64,000 bases of DNA from NCBI GenBank assembly GCA_963841565.1, contig CAWJCY010000012.1:256001-320000 (forward strand), given 5' to 3'. Positions within the stretch are counted from its first letter, which is position 1; every line of letters begins with the position of its first letter. The notes beneath the pieces were generated by a model. The model worked only from the letters and a program-made list of their open reading frames with translations. It did no database searches and had not been told where the DNA came from. Of the stretch, positions 41,778 through 52,334 are shown piece by piece. The position numbers and the translations under genes were made by a program. This DNA comes from an uncultured Nitrososphaerales archaeon. Lineage in GTDB: Archaea > Thermoproteota > Nitrososphaeria > Nitrososphaerales > Nitrososphaeraceae.

Positions 41778-43418
41778 TTATGAAAGCTGGGGAATGGCCA
41801 TCTTGTTTGCTCTCCTCCGAAGCAAGACAGATAGAAAGATTGAACCCGCTGCGATCACTGTCGCAGAAGAAAATATCATCACAAATGCGAAATCAGATGG
41901 ATAAGATCTCGACACAGCGCCCACATCAATAACCGTTTGACTTGCTTGCATGTACATAGCCGCGAGAGCAGGTCCGATTGCGCTCCCTATTATCCTCACA
42001 AGGGTTGCTATCCCAAGGGAAATGCCAGTATGCTCTTTTGGAGTGGCAAGTATTATTACATTCATTGCTCCAATAGCCGCGAAAGACAACCCAGTAGCAA
42101 GAACACCCAGGTTAATTGAAATGGCGAGTGGGCTGTCATGAAAAAATGTAAGTCCCAAAAAACTAGCCGTAACGATCGAAGTTCCAACTATTACCGGCCT
42201 TAAAGAGCCTAGCCTTGAGATTATGAAACCTGAAGTTGGCCCAAATACCAGAAATACTAACGCAAATGGTAGCTGAATTGTCCCTGCACCGATGACGTCG
42301 GCTCCGAACCCCAATGGCTCGGGATTTCTTACCAGTATTGGTATAGTCTGGAACACCATAAAATTTGATAGTCCCACGATGAGGATTATCAGAATTGATG
42401 GTAATATCGCTTTGTTTCCTAAAAGTCGCAAATCAATAAGCGGCAAACTTTCTCTCTTCTCAATAAACAAGAATAGAGCAAAGGAAATCGCAGCAACCAC
42501 GGCTGAACCTAAAATCGTGCCATAGGCTGATAATATGCCAACAACTGAATTGCTTTCAGTGCTTAAATCACCAGACGTCTCAATTAGGGTTAGGCAGAGC
42601 AAAAATGAAGTTATTGATACTGCAAGAGCTGCCGCTCCTTTAATATCGAGTTGTAATTTTCCTCTCTGTTTCTTATTGGAATTGGCAACGGGAGCAAGAC
42701 CGGATTCCTTATCTTTCCTAACTGTGTTGTTTATCGGCGAAGGATCAATTTCACCATCCTCACGAACGTGGACGAACTTCCAAATAATAATCAAAAGTAA
42801 AATGGCGATCGGAATTATCGTGAAAAAAGTAGCTTGCCATCCAAAATTCTCTACGATTAGTGCACCTGCTGAAAGCCCTACTGCTGCCCCTGCTGCGAAC
42901 ATTGAACTTATGATTCCTTGACCTATCGAAATTTTTTCCCTTGGGAATTGATCTCTTATAAGACCAAATGCAATGGGAAACATCCCCATTCCAATTCCTT
43001 GAATAGCCCTAACAAGTAGCAATGTGTAAATGTTTGAGGCAAACCCTGCGAAAGAGACCCCTATTGCATAGATCAGCATTACTGCTAAGAGAACCTTCTT
43101 TTTTCCATATACGTCAGATAGTTTGCCAGCTATCGGGGTAGCAACCGCACCACTAATCAGATAAGTCGTCAGTATCCAGGAAGAAGTTCCGTAAGAGACA
43201 TTAAAGTCACTTATCAAATCTGGGATAGCAGGAATCAACATCGTTTCTGCATACATGACCATAGTTGCAATGGAGCTTAGAATGATTAGTAATTTCCAAG
43301 CCGTACGAGGTATCGCTACGCGAGTGCTATTACTGGTCAAAAGCTTAGAATCCTCTCTGGCCGACAATCCTCCATTTGGATTATTTTTGTCTTGTTTGCC
43401 CTTTAGCGGATTCTGCAT
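41778..43418 (-). CDS. MFS transporter (DHA2/14-TM type)
   Basis: GKLSDVYGKKK motif A, RAIQGIG, 14 hydrophobic segments. Confidence 0.92.
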   Translation of the reverse strand: MQNPLKGKQDKNNPNGGLSAREDSKLLTSNSTRVAIPRTAWKLLIILSSIATMVMYAETMLIPAIPDLISDFNVSYGTSSWILTTYLISGAVATPIAGKLSDVYGKKKVLLAVMLIYAIGVSFAGFASNIYTLLLVRAIQGIGMGMFPIAFGLIRDQFPREKISIGQGIISSMFAAGAAVGLSAGALIVENFGWQATFFTIIPIAILLLIIIWKFVHVREDGEIDPSPINNTVRKDKESGLAPVANSNKKQRGKLQLDIKGAAALAVSITSFLLCLTLIETSGDLSTESNSVVGILSAYGTILGSAVVAAISFALFLFIEKRESLPLIDLRLLGNKAILPSILIILIVGLSNFMVFQTIPILVRNPEPLGFGADVIGAGTIQLPFALVFLVFGPTSGFIISRLGSLRPVIVGTSIVTASFLGLTFFHDSPLAISINLGVLATGLSFAAIGAMNVIILATPKEHTGISLGIATLVRIIGSAIGPALAAMYMQASQTVIDVGAVSRSYPSDFAFVMIFSSATVIAAGSIFLSVLLRRRANKMAIPQLS

Positions 43419-43444
43419 TTTTGTAATAGTATCCTCCGACGACT

Positions 43445-43993
43445 TCAGACCTGTTGTTGTTGCTGTTGTTGTCGTGAAAGAGTTGTTTCTCGTAATCCCT
43501 GTTTTTGTCTAGCCATGTCTGTCATGATCGCGGGTGTCTTATTGGATAGTTCTATATTTGCTTGGAGATTGATCCACATCTTTTCCAATACTTCTTTCAT
43601 AATCTGTACCTTGTCTTCTGGAAGACCTGCCAATGCTATGGTGAGCACCCTAGTTGCACACTCAAGGGTAGTCTCCCAGATTTCGAAGGTCTTCTTAGAG
43701 CGATATATTCTGTTGTTCCTTCTGTCGTTGCGATCTACTCTTCTCTCAATAAATTCATCGTTCTGCAACTTGTCAAGAATAGGAATTAGGCTAGGTGCTT
43801 CTAATCCAAGACCTTCTGCGATTTCCTTTTGGGAAAGGCCATCATGGGTTTTTGTTAGCAGAACAAGTACTCTCCATTGAGCAAAAGTTATGCCGACGCT
43901 GTTCCTTAGTCTAATATCTAAAGAACGCGAAAGAGATCTAGCAGTCCTGTTTATGATGAATCCAGGATTAGATTCATAATCAAAAGTTGACAT
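43445..43993 (-). CDS. MarR (SlyA-like) transcriptional regulator
   Basis: GITFAQWRVL...SQKEIA..LEAPSL..ILDKL..FIER...DRR. Confidence 0.9.
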   Translation of the reverse strand: MSTFDYESNPGFIINRTARSLSRSLDIRLRNSVGITFAQWRVLVLLTKTHDGLSQKEIAEGLGLEAPSLIPILDKLQNDEFIERRVDRNDRRNNRIYRSKKTFEIWETTLECATRVLTIALAGLPEDKVQIMKEVLEKMWINLQANIELSNKTPAIMTDMARQKQGLRETTLSRQQQQQQQV

Positions 43994-44017
43994 AGGGCAC
44001 TAAAGATTAGTGCCCTA
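43993..44017. promoter_or_regulatory. MarR operator: perfect 11-bp inverted repeat between the TATA box and the marR start
   Basis: TAGGGCACTAA-AGA-TTAGTGCCCTA; TTTATAT box at 44026-44032 on the minus strand. Confidence 0.75.
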
Positions 44018-44158
44018 ATCATTAGATATAAACCTTTAGACAGTTTGCAATTGCAAAGCAAGTCGTTCACATAGCCGCAGGTGCCGACTCTTTTCGTTGC
44101 CCTAGAATAAAGTGAATGGTTTCCTCTTGCCAGATACATGATTCTGAGCAAGAACTTC

Positions 44159-44644
44159 TTATAGAGATCTATTAATTGAGGCTATTATCCTATGATATGA
44201 GGTGTTGGACATTTCGACCATATCTGATTCCAAGTATACACAAAGAAATTTGTCTGCTGTTTCAGTTATTGGAATAAAGCCCAATTTGATATTGCTAGCA
44301 ACATCCAAAACATAAAATTCGTTGATTTGGTAAATCCGGATAGCATGCTCCCTATCTGTTGTGTTACTATCATAAATCGTAGTATTCGATTTCATATCGA
44401 AGAAATGTTTTTTTACTATCTCATTTAGCATTGGTGCAAGATGCTTGAAATATATGCTAACGACAACTTTATTCTCATAATTACCAATATAACAAAGTAA
44501 TCTCCGTCTGTTGGTGTCAGCATTTTTCTTTTCATGACCAAGCAGAAGTTTACCATTACTGTCCACTATCCCCGCAAAACTTACTTTCTTGCTAACAGAT
44601 AAAGCACTTATGCAGACTTCATGAAGGAAATCTCGTTCATGCAT
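44159..44644 (-). CDS. Roadblock-like hypothetical protein
   Basis: ALSVSKKVSFAGIVDSNGKLL...DKFLCVYLES. Confidence 0.6.
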   Translation of the reverse strand: MHERDFLHEVCISALSVSKKVSFAGIVDSNGKLLLGHEKKNADTNRRRLLCYIGNYENKVVVSIYFKHLAPMLNEIVKKHFFDMKSNTTIYDSNTTDREHAIRIYQINEFYVLDVASNIKLGFIPITETADKFLCVYLESDMVEMSNTSYHRIIASINRSL

Positions 44645-44882
44645 TTGCTAAGGCAAAGGTATTACAGCCCCATGTTAAATATTAACTATTTGGTAATAGT
44701 TTAGCAGTAGAATCCTACAAACATTAAAATATGACCTAATGTTTATCATGTTTTTGCGGATATTATTGAATTATTTGGATGAAGTCGGTGATATATTTTC
44801 CGTATTCGTATTAGGATAGCAAACAAATATCTAATTTAAGTTGCCAGCGCGGTGAGCATAAGCTTATTCCATTAAAAATATA

Positions 44883-45068
44883 TTGTATAGGCATATATTT
44901 TATGATCAGGGATTGAAGATTACTGACGTCTGGGGGAAGGAATCTGAACCAATATGTACCTATTGTCGGTGTAAACACAAATTTTCTGAGCATGGAACTA
45001 GTCTCTGTCGTTGCAAGCATCCACAGAATACAATAATTGGCGTAAGAGGTTTGCTGGAAACATCATAA
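44883..45068 (+). CDS. Small Cys/His-rich putative metal-binding protein
   Basis: CTYCRCKHKFSEHGTSLCRCKHPQN. Confidence 0.6.
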   Translation: MYRHIFYDQGLKITDVWGKESEPICTYCRCKHKFSEHGTSLCRCKHPQNTIIGVRGLLETS

Positions 45069-45210
45069 TAATAAAACCTGTCGCCCTTATTGAATAGGTA
45101 TTCTAGTATGTGCGAATCATAACCAGCAATGCAGATCATTATTAATTATTGAAAATCAAGAATGATTTGATATTTCATTGACGGAACAAGCCGGACCCTT
45201 ATCGCCATTA

Positions 45211-45810
45211 TCACAAGAATCTTAGCGTATCTAACATTGACTGTATAACAGGCAAATAAGATTCGTATTTTTCTGGATAGGCCTTGTAGGTGATTACATA
45301 GACCAGATTTTCAGGTTTTACAACTATTTGCATTGCGGTCCTTTTTGCATCGTTATCATCTGTTGCGCTAAAGGAGATCTCATAAGCATCAAAGTTATTC
45401 AGTTTCGACTTGCTCGAGCTCAAGAGAGTAAAATCTTGAGTATCATCTTCAAGATCCGTAACAATTTCCTTTGCTATGGTATCTAGTGTGGAATCTGCAG
45501 ATGAAATATTATGTGACTTTATTCCCAGCCCAGCTGGGAAAGAAGGGGAATCACTTTCGCGTGGAGCTATGAAAGTGACCTGATCCTGACCAATTTTCGA
45601 TCTCTCCCAATTGCTGGGATATTTGATCATGAAACCGAGACCCCGATCTTCAAAGGTAACCAAATTACTTGCCAAAGGTGGAGTGTGAAAAAGGGCGGAA
45701 AGATTAGGCACAGCAGGGTAAGCGAGGAAGACTACGAAGATAATAATAAAAAAATAGCCTATAGTCCTTTCAACGGATCGAGCATGTTTTAACCAAAGAA
45801 ATCCATCCAT
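45211..45810 (-). CDS. PsbP/DcrB-like membrane-anchored protein
   Basis: GFMIKYPSNW...VYVITYKA....YESYLPVIQSMLDT. Confidence 0.8.
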   Translation of the reverse strand: MDGFLWLKHARSVERTIGYFFIIIFVVFLAYPAVPNLSALFHTPPLASNLVTFEDRGLGFMIKYPSNWERSKIGQDQVTFIAPRESDSPSFPAGLGIKSHNISSADSTLDTIAKEIVTDLEDDTQDFTLLSSSKSKLNNFDAYEISFSATDDNDAKRTAMQIVVKPENLVYVITYKAYPEKYESYLPVIQSMLDTLRFL

Positions 45811-46142
45811 TTCAATCGATGAGATCCGTCATAATGGTGAGTTCCATATATTAACACTTTACTAGCAAAGGTCCGGTTCGCTCGTTCAAAGGAGGCTATC
45901 ATCATCAATGTTTGTACAAAGCGAAGATAAAAAAAGTCAGAGCAAGTTGTAACATTAGAGATATGTACTTGTGTTCGAGCTACTGATTATCTGGGCCAAA
46001 ACATTTCGTTTTTCACTCGCTAATGAAAAACATTGATCTTTCCGGACTGAATGGGCAACTACTACTCATCGCTGATTCTGGCAAAATTCCGTTATAAGCA
46101 ATTGGAAAATGTTAAGTATATTCTCTTCCAACAAGAGAATCT

Positions 46143-47072
46143 ATGTCGAAGTCCCAAACCCCTATGTTCGAATGGCAAATAAAGGACAAAATAAAGGAAA
46201 CTCCTGATTCCTATACCTATGTATTTTCGCCATTCTCGGCGTCGGATCGATTTACATTTAACATAGGAGAATTTGTGACAATCAGGGCATTATTGAAAAG
46301 ACCAATTTCTTCGGGAGGCGTAGAAGAAGCACAAGTAGAAAGGGCATACTCGATCGCATCCTCACCTACAAGAAATGATATTGAACTGACGATAAAGGAT
46401 GAGAAGCCGTTTGGTTACATAAATCCAGTCATCGGCAAGGCAGATGGATTTGCAGCATACTTCTTTGAACAATTCAAAGTAGGCGATAAAGTTTCTGTCA
46501 AATATACCAAAGCAAGAGAACCTTTTCTCGCAAAGATCGCAACTGGTGCAGAGAAAGATATTGCATATTGGTCTGGATCTAATGGTGCTGAGTGCGCCCG
46601 GTGCCTTCTACAATATATGGAAGATCGGAGAGATTTGAACCTTAAGCTCGTTTTATTTTACAGTAACCCCAGACTTTATTCGCTTGAAAACAAGAAAAGT
46701 GTGGGTGTAATCTATTATAACTGGCTTTTAGATATGGCCAGAAAGCTCGATAATTTCAAAGTGGTTTTCACTTTTACGAAGGACAGCGAGACAACTTTGT
46801 ATTCCGATCACCCCAGGATATATTACAGAAAAGGCAGATTCTTTAAGGATGAGGAAGGGAACGCCGAACGGACTCTCCAAAAGTTTCATGGAAATGTTGA
46901 ATCGACATTTAATCCGATATGTGGAAGCAGTGGATTCATCAACGGGATCGTCAAGCTCAAGACTGGGTCGATAGCTAGAGGAAGAGGGATAATGCAAGAC
47001 TTGATGGAAATAGAGGGAGTAAAACCAGAGAAAATAGACAAGGAACAGTTCTATCTAGACGTATCTAAATGA
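46143..47072 (+). CDS. Ferredoxin-NADP reductase (FNR)-like FAD-binding oxidoreductase
   Basis: ERAYSIASSP FAD motif, LFYSN, ICGSSGF, C-terminal IDKEQF. Confidence 0.75.
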   Translation: MSKSQTPMFEWQIKDKIKETPDSYTYVFSPFSASDRFTFNIGEFVTIRALLKRPISSGGVEEAQVERAYSIASSPTRNDIELTIKDEKPFGYINPVIGKADGFAAYFFEQFKVGDKVSVKYTKAREPFLAKIATGAEKDIAYWSGSNGAECARCLLQYMEDRRDLNLKLVLFYSNPRLYSLENKKSVGVIYYNWLLDMARKLDNFKVVFTFTKDSETTLYSDHPRIYYRKGRFFKDEEGNAERTLQKFHGNVESTFNPICGSSGFINGIVKLKTGSIARGRGIMQDLMEIEGVKPEKIDKEQFYLDVSK

Positions 47073-47134
47073 AACCTAACCTTTTTCGATAAGCCTTCAA
47101 GATCAATGGAGGAGTAAATGTTACATCTGACCGT

Positions 47135-47467
47135 TTAGAAGGTTGCCCTTTTTGCTTGAGAACCACAAGTGGCGCATTTTGCTCCTTTTACACGAGATCC
47201 ACATGACATGCAGATATATTTTAGTGATATTTTAGATTCTGCTGGTGCAAAGCCCCCCCCTGCCTTCTCATTGCTAAATCCGAGATTCCGTAGAGCCTTC
47301 TGTTGGCTTCTCCTTATATAAAATACCAAACCGACAAGTACGATAATGTTAAGTGAAAGACCGGCAATAAAACCGAAATAGTACGTCAATATTAAACCTA
47401 AGAGAAAGCTACCTGCGATTAGGGCTATCTGTTTGGCCCAGACACTCTTGAGCTTATTACTAGACAA
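47135..47467 (-). CDS. Two-TM membrane protein with a C-terminal Zn ribbon
   Basis: Two hydrophobic helices; CMSCG...CATCGS. Confidence 0.7.
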   Translation of the reverse strand: MSSNKLKSVWAKQIALIAGSFLLGLILTYYFGFIAGLSLNIIVLVGLVFYIRRSQQKALRNLGFSNEKAGGGFAPAESKISLKYICMSCGSRVKGAKCATCGSQAKRATF

Positions 47468-47702
47468 AGTTCTACATATATATCTGAATTAATAATATTT
47501 ACAAGTTAGCGTCCGATCCGTCGGATCCATGCACCTAGAAAGAAACTTTTGCGTTTCGATGGACGAAATGACCTATTAACAGGAGATGGGATGAAGACGA
47601 ACTTACTTTGCTATCTTCATAGGAGCTGTTGACATTCATTTACTGCCATATTTTGGTTACAATTTGAAATCCTCTAGCTCGCTTTCTGCGCAAAGATGAT
47701 CA

Positions 47703-49289
47703 GTGGACGAAAGAATGTACGGTAAGATAGGAAATAAGTTTAAATTGCCCTTTTCTCGACTATCGCCTATTGTTGAAAAGGTAAGAATTTTCGATACCAC
47801 CCTTAGAGATGGTGAGCAGACACCTGGCGTTTCCGTGAGCCCCGAACAAAAGTTGCAAATTGCTATTAAATTGGATGAATTAGGGGTAGATGCCATCGAG
47901 GCTGGATTCCCCATTGTATCGCAAGGGGAAAGGCAAGCGATTAAAAGTATCGTTAAACAGGGATTGCACGCCGAAGTATGTGGTTTGGCTAGAACCGTAC
48001 AGGAGGACATAGACGTTGCACTTGGCTGCGATCTAGGCTACCTTCACTTATTCATTGCGACCTCAGATATCCACATGAAATTCAAGCTGAAGATGAACAG
48101 AGAGCAAGTACTAGAAAAGGCTGTATGGGCTGTAGATTATGCAAAGAAACACGGGGTTCAAGTAGAGTTTTCAGCCGAGGATGCTACTAGATCAGAGACC
48201 GGTTTCATGAAGGAAGTGTTTGCAGCCGTTTCGGAATCTGGAGCTGACCGATTGGATATTCCTGATACAGTAGGCTATTCAACCCCTGATTATATATCAA
48301 GGCTCGTCAAAGACGTAACGACTATTTCGCCGCTACCAATAAGTATGCATTGTCATGATGATTTGGGCCTCGCTGTTGCCAACACAATAGCTGGGATAAA
48401 TGCAGGAGCGACCTGTGCTCAAGTAACCGTAAACGGAATAGGGGAGAGAGCTGGAAACGCTTCACTAGAAGAGGTTGTTATGGCGCTTCAGTGCCTATAC
48501 AAGAGATCACATGGAATAAAGACTGAGTTACTGTACGAGACTTCAAAATTCGTTTCAAATGCAATGGGAATAATTGTTCAGCCAAATAAAGCCATTATCG
48601 GAGAAAACGCATTTGGTCATGAATCGGGTATTCATACACACGGTATAATAAACAATCCATTAACTTACGAGCCGATCGGTCCGGAGTTAGTAGGGAGAAA
48701 AAGATGGCTTCAAGCAGGCAAACACGCTGGTGCCCATGGTATAAGAGCAATGCTAGAAGAATTTGGAGTAAAACCTGATGATGAACAGCTTAAACAAATT
48801 TTGGAGAGGCAGAAAAATATTGCTGATCTGGGAAAATCAATCACGACCAGCGAATTACTTTCTATCGCAAGTAAGGTAATGAAAAATAGCACATTCCAAG
48901 AAAAATTCCAGCTCCGTGATTTTCATACAGTAACTGGCATAAACATCATCCCAACAGCAGTTGTCAAGATCAACACCGGCGAGAGAGATGTAATATCCTC
49001 TGAAATTGGGGTAGGGCCTGTGGATGCGGCGTTAAAGGCTATCCAAAAGATAGTGGGCCAATTAGAAGATGTGAAAATTAGAGAATATCGACTCGAGTCA
49101 ATAACTGGGGGATCCGACGCAACTGCAGAAGTAGTTGTTAAGATCGAGGATAGTGAAGGCCATATTGTTTCATCCCGGAAAACAGGAGAAGACATAGTGA
49201 TAGCTTCGGTCTACGCTATGATGGATGCTACTAATAAGATGTTACTGAGAAAAGTTATCTTATCCGGAGACGCTATCTCAACTCACTAG
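47703..49289 (+). CDS. leuA: 2-isopropylmalate synthase (LeuA/CimA family)
   Basis: DTTLRDGEQ, HCHDDLG, GERAGNA, HESGIH, regulatory domain GVGPVDA. Citramalate synthase cannot be excluded. Confidence 0.88.
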   Translation: MDERMYGKIGNKFKLPFSRLSPIVEKVRIFDTTLRDGEQTPGVSVSPEQKLQIAIKLDELGVDAIEAGFPIVSQGERQAIKSIVKQGLHAEVCGLARTVQEDIDVALGCDLGYLHLFIATSDIHMKFKLKMNREQVLEKAVWAVDYAKKHGVQVEFSAEDATRSETGFMKEVFAAVSESGADRLDIPDTVGYSTPDYISRLVKDVTTISPLPISMHCHDDLGLAVANTIAGINAGATCAQVTVNGIGERAGNASLEEVVMALQCLYKRSHGIKTELLYETSKFVSNAMGIIVQPNKAIIGENAFGHESGIHTHGIINNPLTYEPIGPELVGRKRWLQAGKHAGAHGIRAMLEEFGVKPDDEQLKQILERQKNIADLGKSITTSELLSIASKVMKNSTFQEKFQLRDFHTVTGINIIPTAVVKINTGERDVISSEIGVGPVDAALKAIQKIVGQLEDVKIREYRLESITGGSDATAEVVVKIEDSEGHIVSSRKTGEDIVIASVYAMMDATNKMLLRKVILSGDAISTH

Positions 49290-49567
49290 TTTTTTCAGCA
49301 TTCAAATTTACAGTTTATACAATCAGGATCGACAATCTAACTATGGGTACTTCTGATTACTGTTAAAAGGCGGGATTAATTGACAAATTCAAAGCATTGC
49401 AAATTGGTGGGGTAGCTGGCGTCATCATTCTCCATATTGATAATTGTTCTCTACTTTACAGAAATTTATACGTCCAATTACTTGTTTGATTCTTCACGAA
49501 ACGGCATCGGGTCTGAGATTTAGTCAGCAGGGAATGTACTTATATGTAAATATGAACTAGTGGGCTC

Positions 49568-50086
49568 ATGAATGCTTCGTTAAAAGATTTTCATGGTACT
49601 CTTTTAGGTGTGCTTTCAGTTTGCGGTGTTTTGCTCTCATACCAGGCATTGTTTCAAATTGGAGAGCCTGCAAGCGCTGTTCTCATTCATGGAGGAGGAG
49701 CTGGGCTTGTGACGTGTTCTGATGGCTCGACATTCAACACGAATATTTCATTTACTGCGCTGTCCTCTAATGGCACAGTAACTGGAAATTGGACTCTGTA
49801 CAGCTTTGATACAGGAAATGCTGGGTTAGTAGTCGGTGGACCAATAAATTCGGGAAATCTTTCAGTTTCCGAGTACCACATAGTCGGAAACAGTCCCGAT
49901 GAGCAAAATATGATTGCATTATGTTCTCCTCCCTTATTTGGTCCTGTTACGATAAGTGGTTTATGCGGGCATGAAGAAACAATTACTGCACATTTTAGGT
50001 CCAATGACCCTCTAAGTGCAGAACAAACTTTTACAGGATCTTCTGATTGCCAAAATGGAGATACGCCAATCTTAGAAACAGGGTAA
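49568..50086 (+). CDS. Secreted hypothetical protein
   Basis: Signal peptide, four Cys, G/S/T-rich. Confidence 0.7.
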   Translation: MNASLKDFHGTLLGVLSVCGVLLSYQALFQIGEPASAVLIHGGGAGLVTCSDGSTFNTNISFTALSSNGTVTGNWTLYSFDTGNAGLVVGGPINSGNLSVSEYHIVGNSPDEQNMIALCSPPLFGPVTISGLCGHEETITAHFRSNDPLSAEQTFTGSSDCQNGDTPILETG

Positions 50087-50427
50087 AAAAATCTTGCTGT
50101 AAGAATCATTGGTATGAATGCATGCATGCATGCATGTTTGGTCTGAGCAATTGACCATATAAATGAGGATTATATGAGATCAATACAAATGCGCAACAAC
50201 TTGAGCCTATGACTCGCATTAATAGTATATTACAAAATGCTCATGGGCGAAAAGCATTGCCACCCTAGTAATTGATATAATTTGTAGTCTACTACCCATA
50301 TTGCTATTATGAAGTTGCCGCGCGTTCTACCTGATTTCGTCCTTTCATTTAAGTACTGATACCTTGCTGGATTCAACTTTGCAAATTGGTTTCAACACTA
50401 CCATTAAAAGTATGCAAGGTATGATTG

Positions 50428-51417
50428 CTATGGCAGAAAGATGTCTCCAGTGTATATATTCGAGGTGGGTGTTGATGACATATCAGTCAAGGAGCTTTGA
50501 TTTATCCCATAATGTTCTGAGCCAAGCATCGGAGTGTTCAATAGATCAGAACCTGCATCCAAGAACTCTAGCGGTGACAATTCTAATTGAGCAGTGGCAT
50601 TGTTAGACATTTGCTTCGTTAAGGTCTCGGCTGAAGTGCTCATCGCACTTGAGTTTCTGGAAGTTTGGGTCAATGGAAGAGCCTTTACTTTAATTTCTGA
50701 GACTACTGGATCAACATCGCCATCATCACCATCGACATAAAAATCTGAAACACCTGGGATCGTGAGTTGTATGAATCTGCCGGCCAGACTATCAAATTCA
50801 TTAGTTGACCAAGAATTAGGGATTGATCCACTTGTAGGTTCGTTGATAACTTTATGGAGACTCTTAGTACCATTTGAAACAGCCACAGAGAAGCCATTTT
50901 CGATCTCTGCGTTATCATTTAAATGCACGTCTATATTGCAAATTTTCTTGATCATGCCTAGGTCCATACCTATCAAAATATCAGAACCAGAATGATCCCA
51001 CCAGGCTGCAGGGATTTGATTTGACTGTCCTAAATTATTGGTCGAGTCTGACCCATCAGATTCTTCCGCTGAAGCACGAAAATTAAAATTACTAATTTCC
51101 TCTTTTTCATCACTTATCTGACAATTATCCTGACTACGGGTGCTCATCGGATCGTTACGTAATAATATTTCTCCAGAAAACAATTGGGGAATTCCTAATC
51201 CCTTTCCTACAGTAGAACACTCGCTTCCAAGGCAAGCCTCTATCAAGCACTGGTCTTCATTATTTTCGCAGTTAAGCTCAAGCTCATTTTCTGATGCTGC
51301 TCTGGCCTGATCGGAGAATGTGAACTGGCCTGTGGTTCTATCAGTGGTTGAAATAACAGACACTATAATTAGTACAAATGTTAGAAAAACACAAGTTATG
51401 GGTCTTGCAGATTCCAT
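50428..51417 (-). CDS. Secreted protein with a discoidin (F5/8 type C)-like domain
   Basis: Signal peptide; WW....ILIGMDLG....ICNIDV...FSVAVS...GRFIQLTI...SEIKV. Confidence 0.65.
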   Translation of the reverse strand: MESARPITCVFLTFVLIIVSVISTTDRTTGQFTFSDQARAASENELELNCENNEDQCLIEACLGSECSTVGKGLGIPQLFSGEILLRNDPMSTRSQDNCQISDEKEEISNFNFRASAEESDGSDSTNNLGQSNQIPAAWWDHSGSDILIGMDLGMIKKICNIDVHLNDNAEIENGFSVAVSNGTKSLHKVINEPTSGSIPNSWSTNEFDSLAGRFIQLTIPGVSDFYVDGDDGDVDPVVSEIKVKALPLTQTSRNSSAMSTSAETLTKQMSNNATAQLELSPLEFLDAGSDLLNTPMLGSEHYGINQSSLTDMSSTPTSNIYTGDIFLP

Positions 51418-51832
51418 TTGTATTAGGAGTGTGAATTCTCCGTATTAGTGGATTAATGATGAATTGATATAGCTTTTCAATACATGTATGCTACTTGAGT
51501 ACCCTTTAGGCATATGGATAATTATGATTTGACTCTAACCAAGTTATGTTTGAATATAGTAGAGTGCTTTCTTTCAGACTGTCAGAAATGAGATAAACAT
51601 TGATATTTCTAATATTAAGCATAGTAGCGTCGCATTCTCTAACTAGAAAATGACTCATTACGATTAGAGTATCCATTACATTCCTGATATGTCAATTTGG
51701 CCACCCAGATTCCTAAAAGGAGGTAAGGAAAGTGGTAGATTAACATCACTTACATTCACTTCGTAACCACAGAAGTCTCAAGAACAAAATTCATATCTAG
51801 CATATCACTGCTCAGACTACAGTATCGGGCAT

Positions 51833-52063
51833 TTGGTAGTATACAAAAATCAGCTCATTGTTTTCATGGGGCTCGCTGCAGCCGTTGGTACCTTTGGCAT
51901 AGTCGAGTCTGCATATCTATCTTCCTTCGTTTTCTTTGTATTGGGAATAGCCAATTATGCCATGGCAGCATTCTTCGCCTTTAAGTACTTTACATATGGC
52001 CGAGGAGTACAAAAGTCGCAGAATTCACACAAGCCCAAGAATAAGCGTTCTGACAGGCGATGA
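51833..52063 (+). CDS. Small two-TM membrane protein
   Basis: Two hydrophobic helices and a basic tail. Confidence 0.55.
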   Translation: MVVYKNQLIVFMGLAAAVGTFGIVESAYLSSFVFFVLGIANYAMAAFFAFKYFTYGRGVQKSQNSHKPKNKRSDRR

Positions 52064-52334
52064 AATATAATCCAAGTGGCAGCGTCTAAGAATGCACTGC
52101 CAATGATTAAATTCCGAGGATACAGAACACGACCCAAAATGGCTTGACCGAATGCATTAGTGGAAAAAGGATTAATTTAGTTGACGCAAACGTGATTTTT
52201 CCAACTCTGTAAACTCTCAATTTTAGATTTGATGCGGTTTTGTAGAATTGATTAAAGTTAAAATATTAGTCTAAGGCTTAAGGCCTGGCCAACTATAGTA
52301 AACAAGATTCTGCTCTGCACCGTAGAGCCACGGT

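Noticed and set aside
50113-50136. (ATGC)n run, and the (CAT)n run near 55338
   Set aside because: Short intergenic microsatellites with no supporting context.
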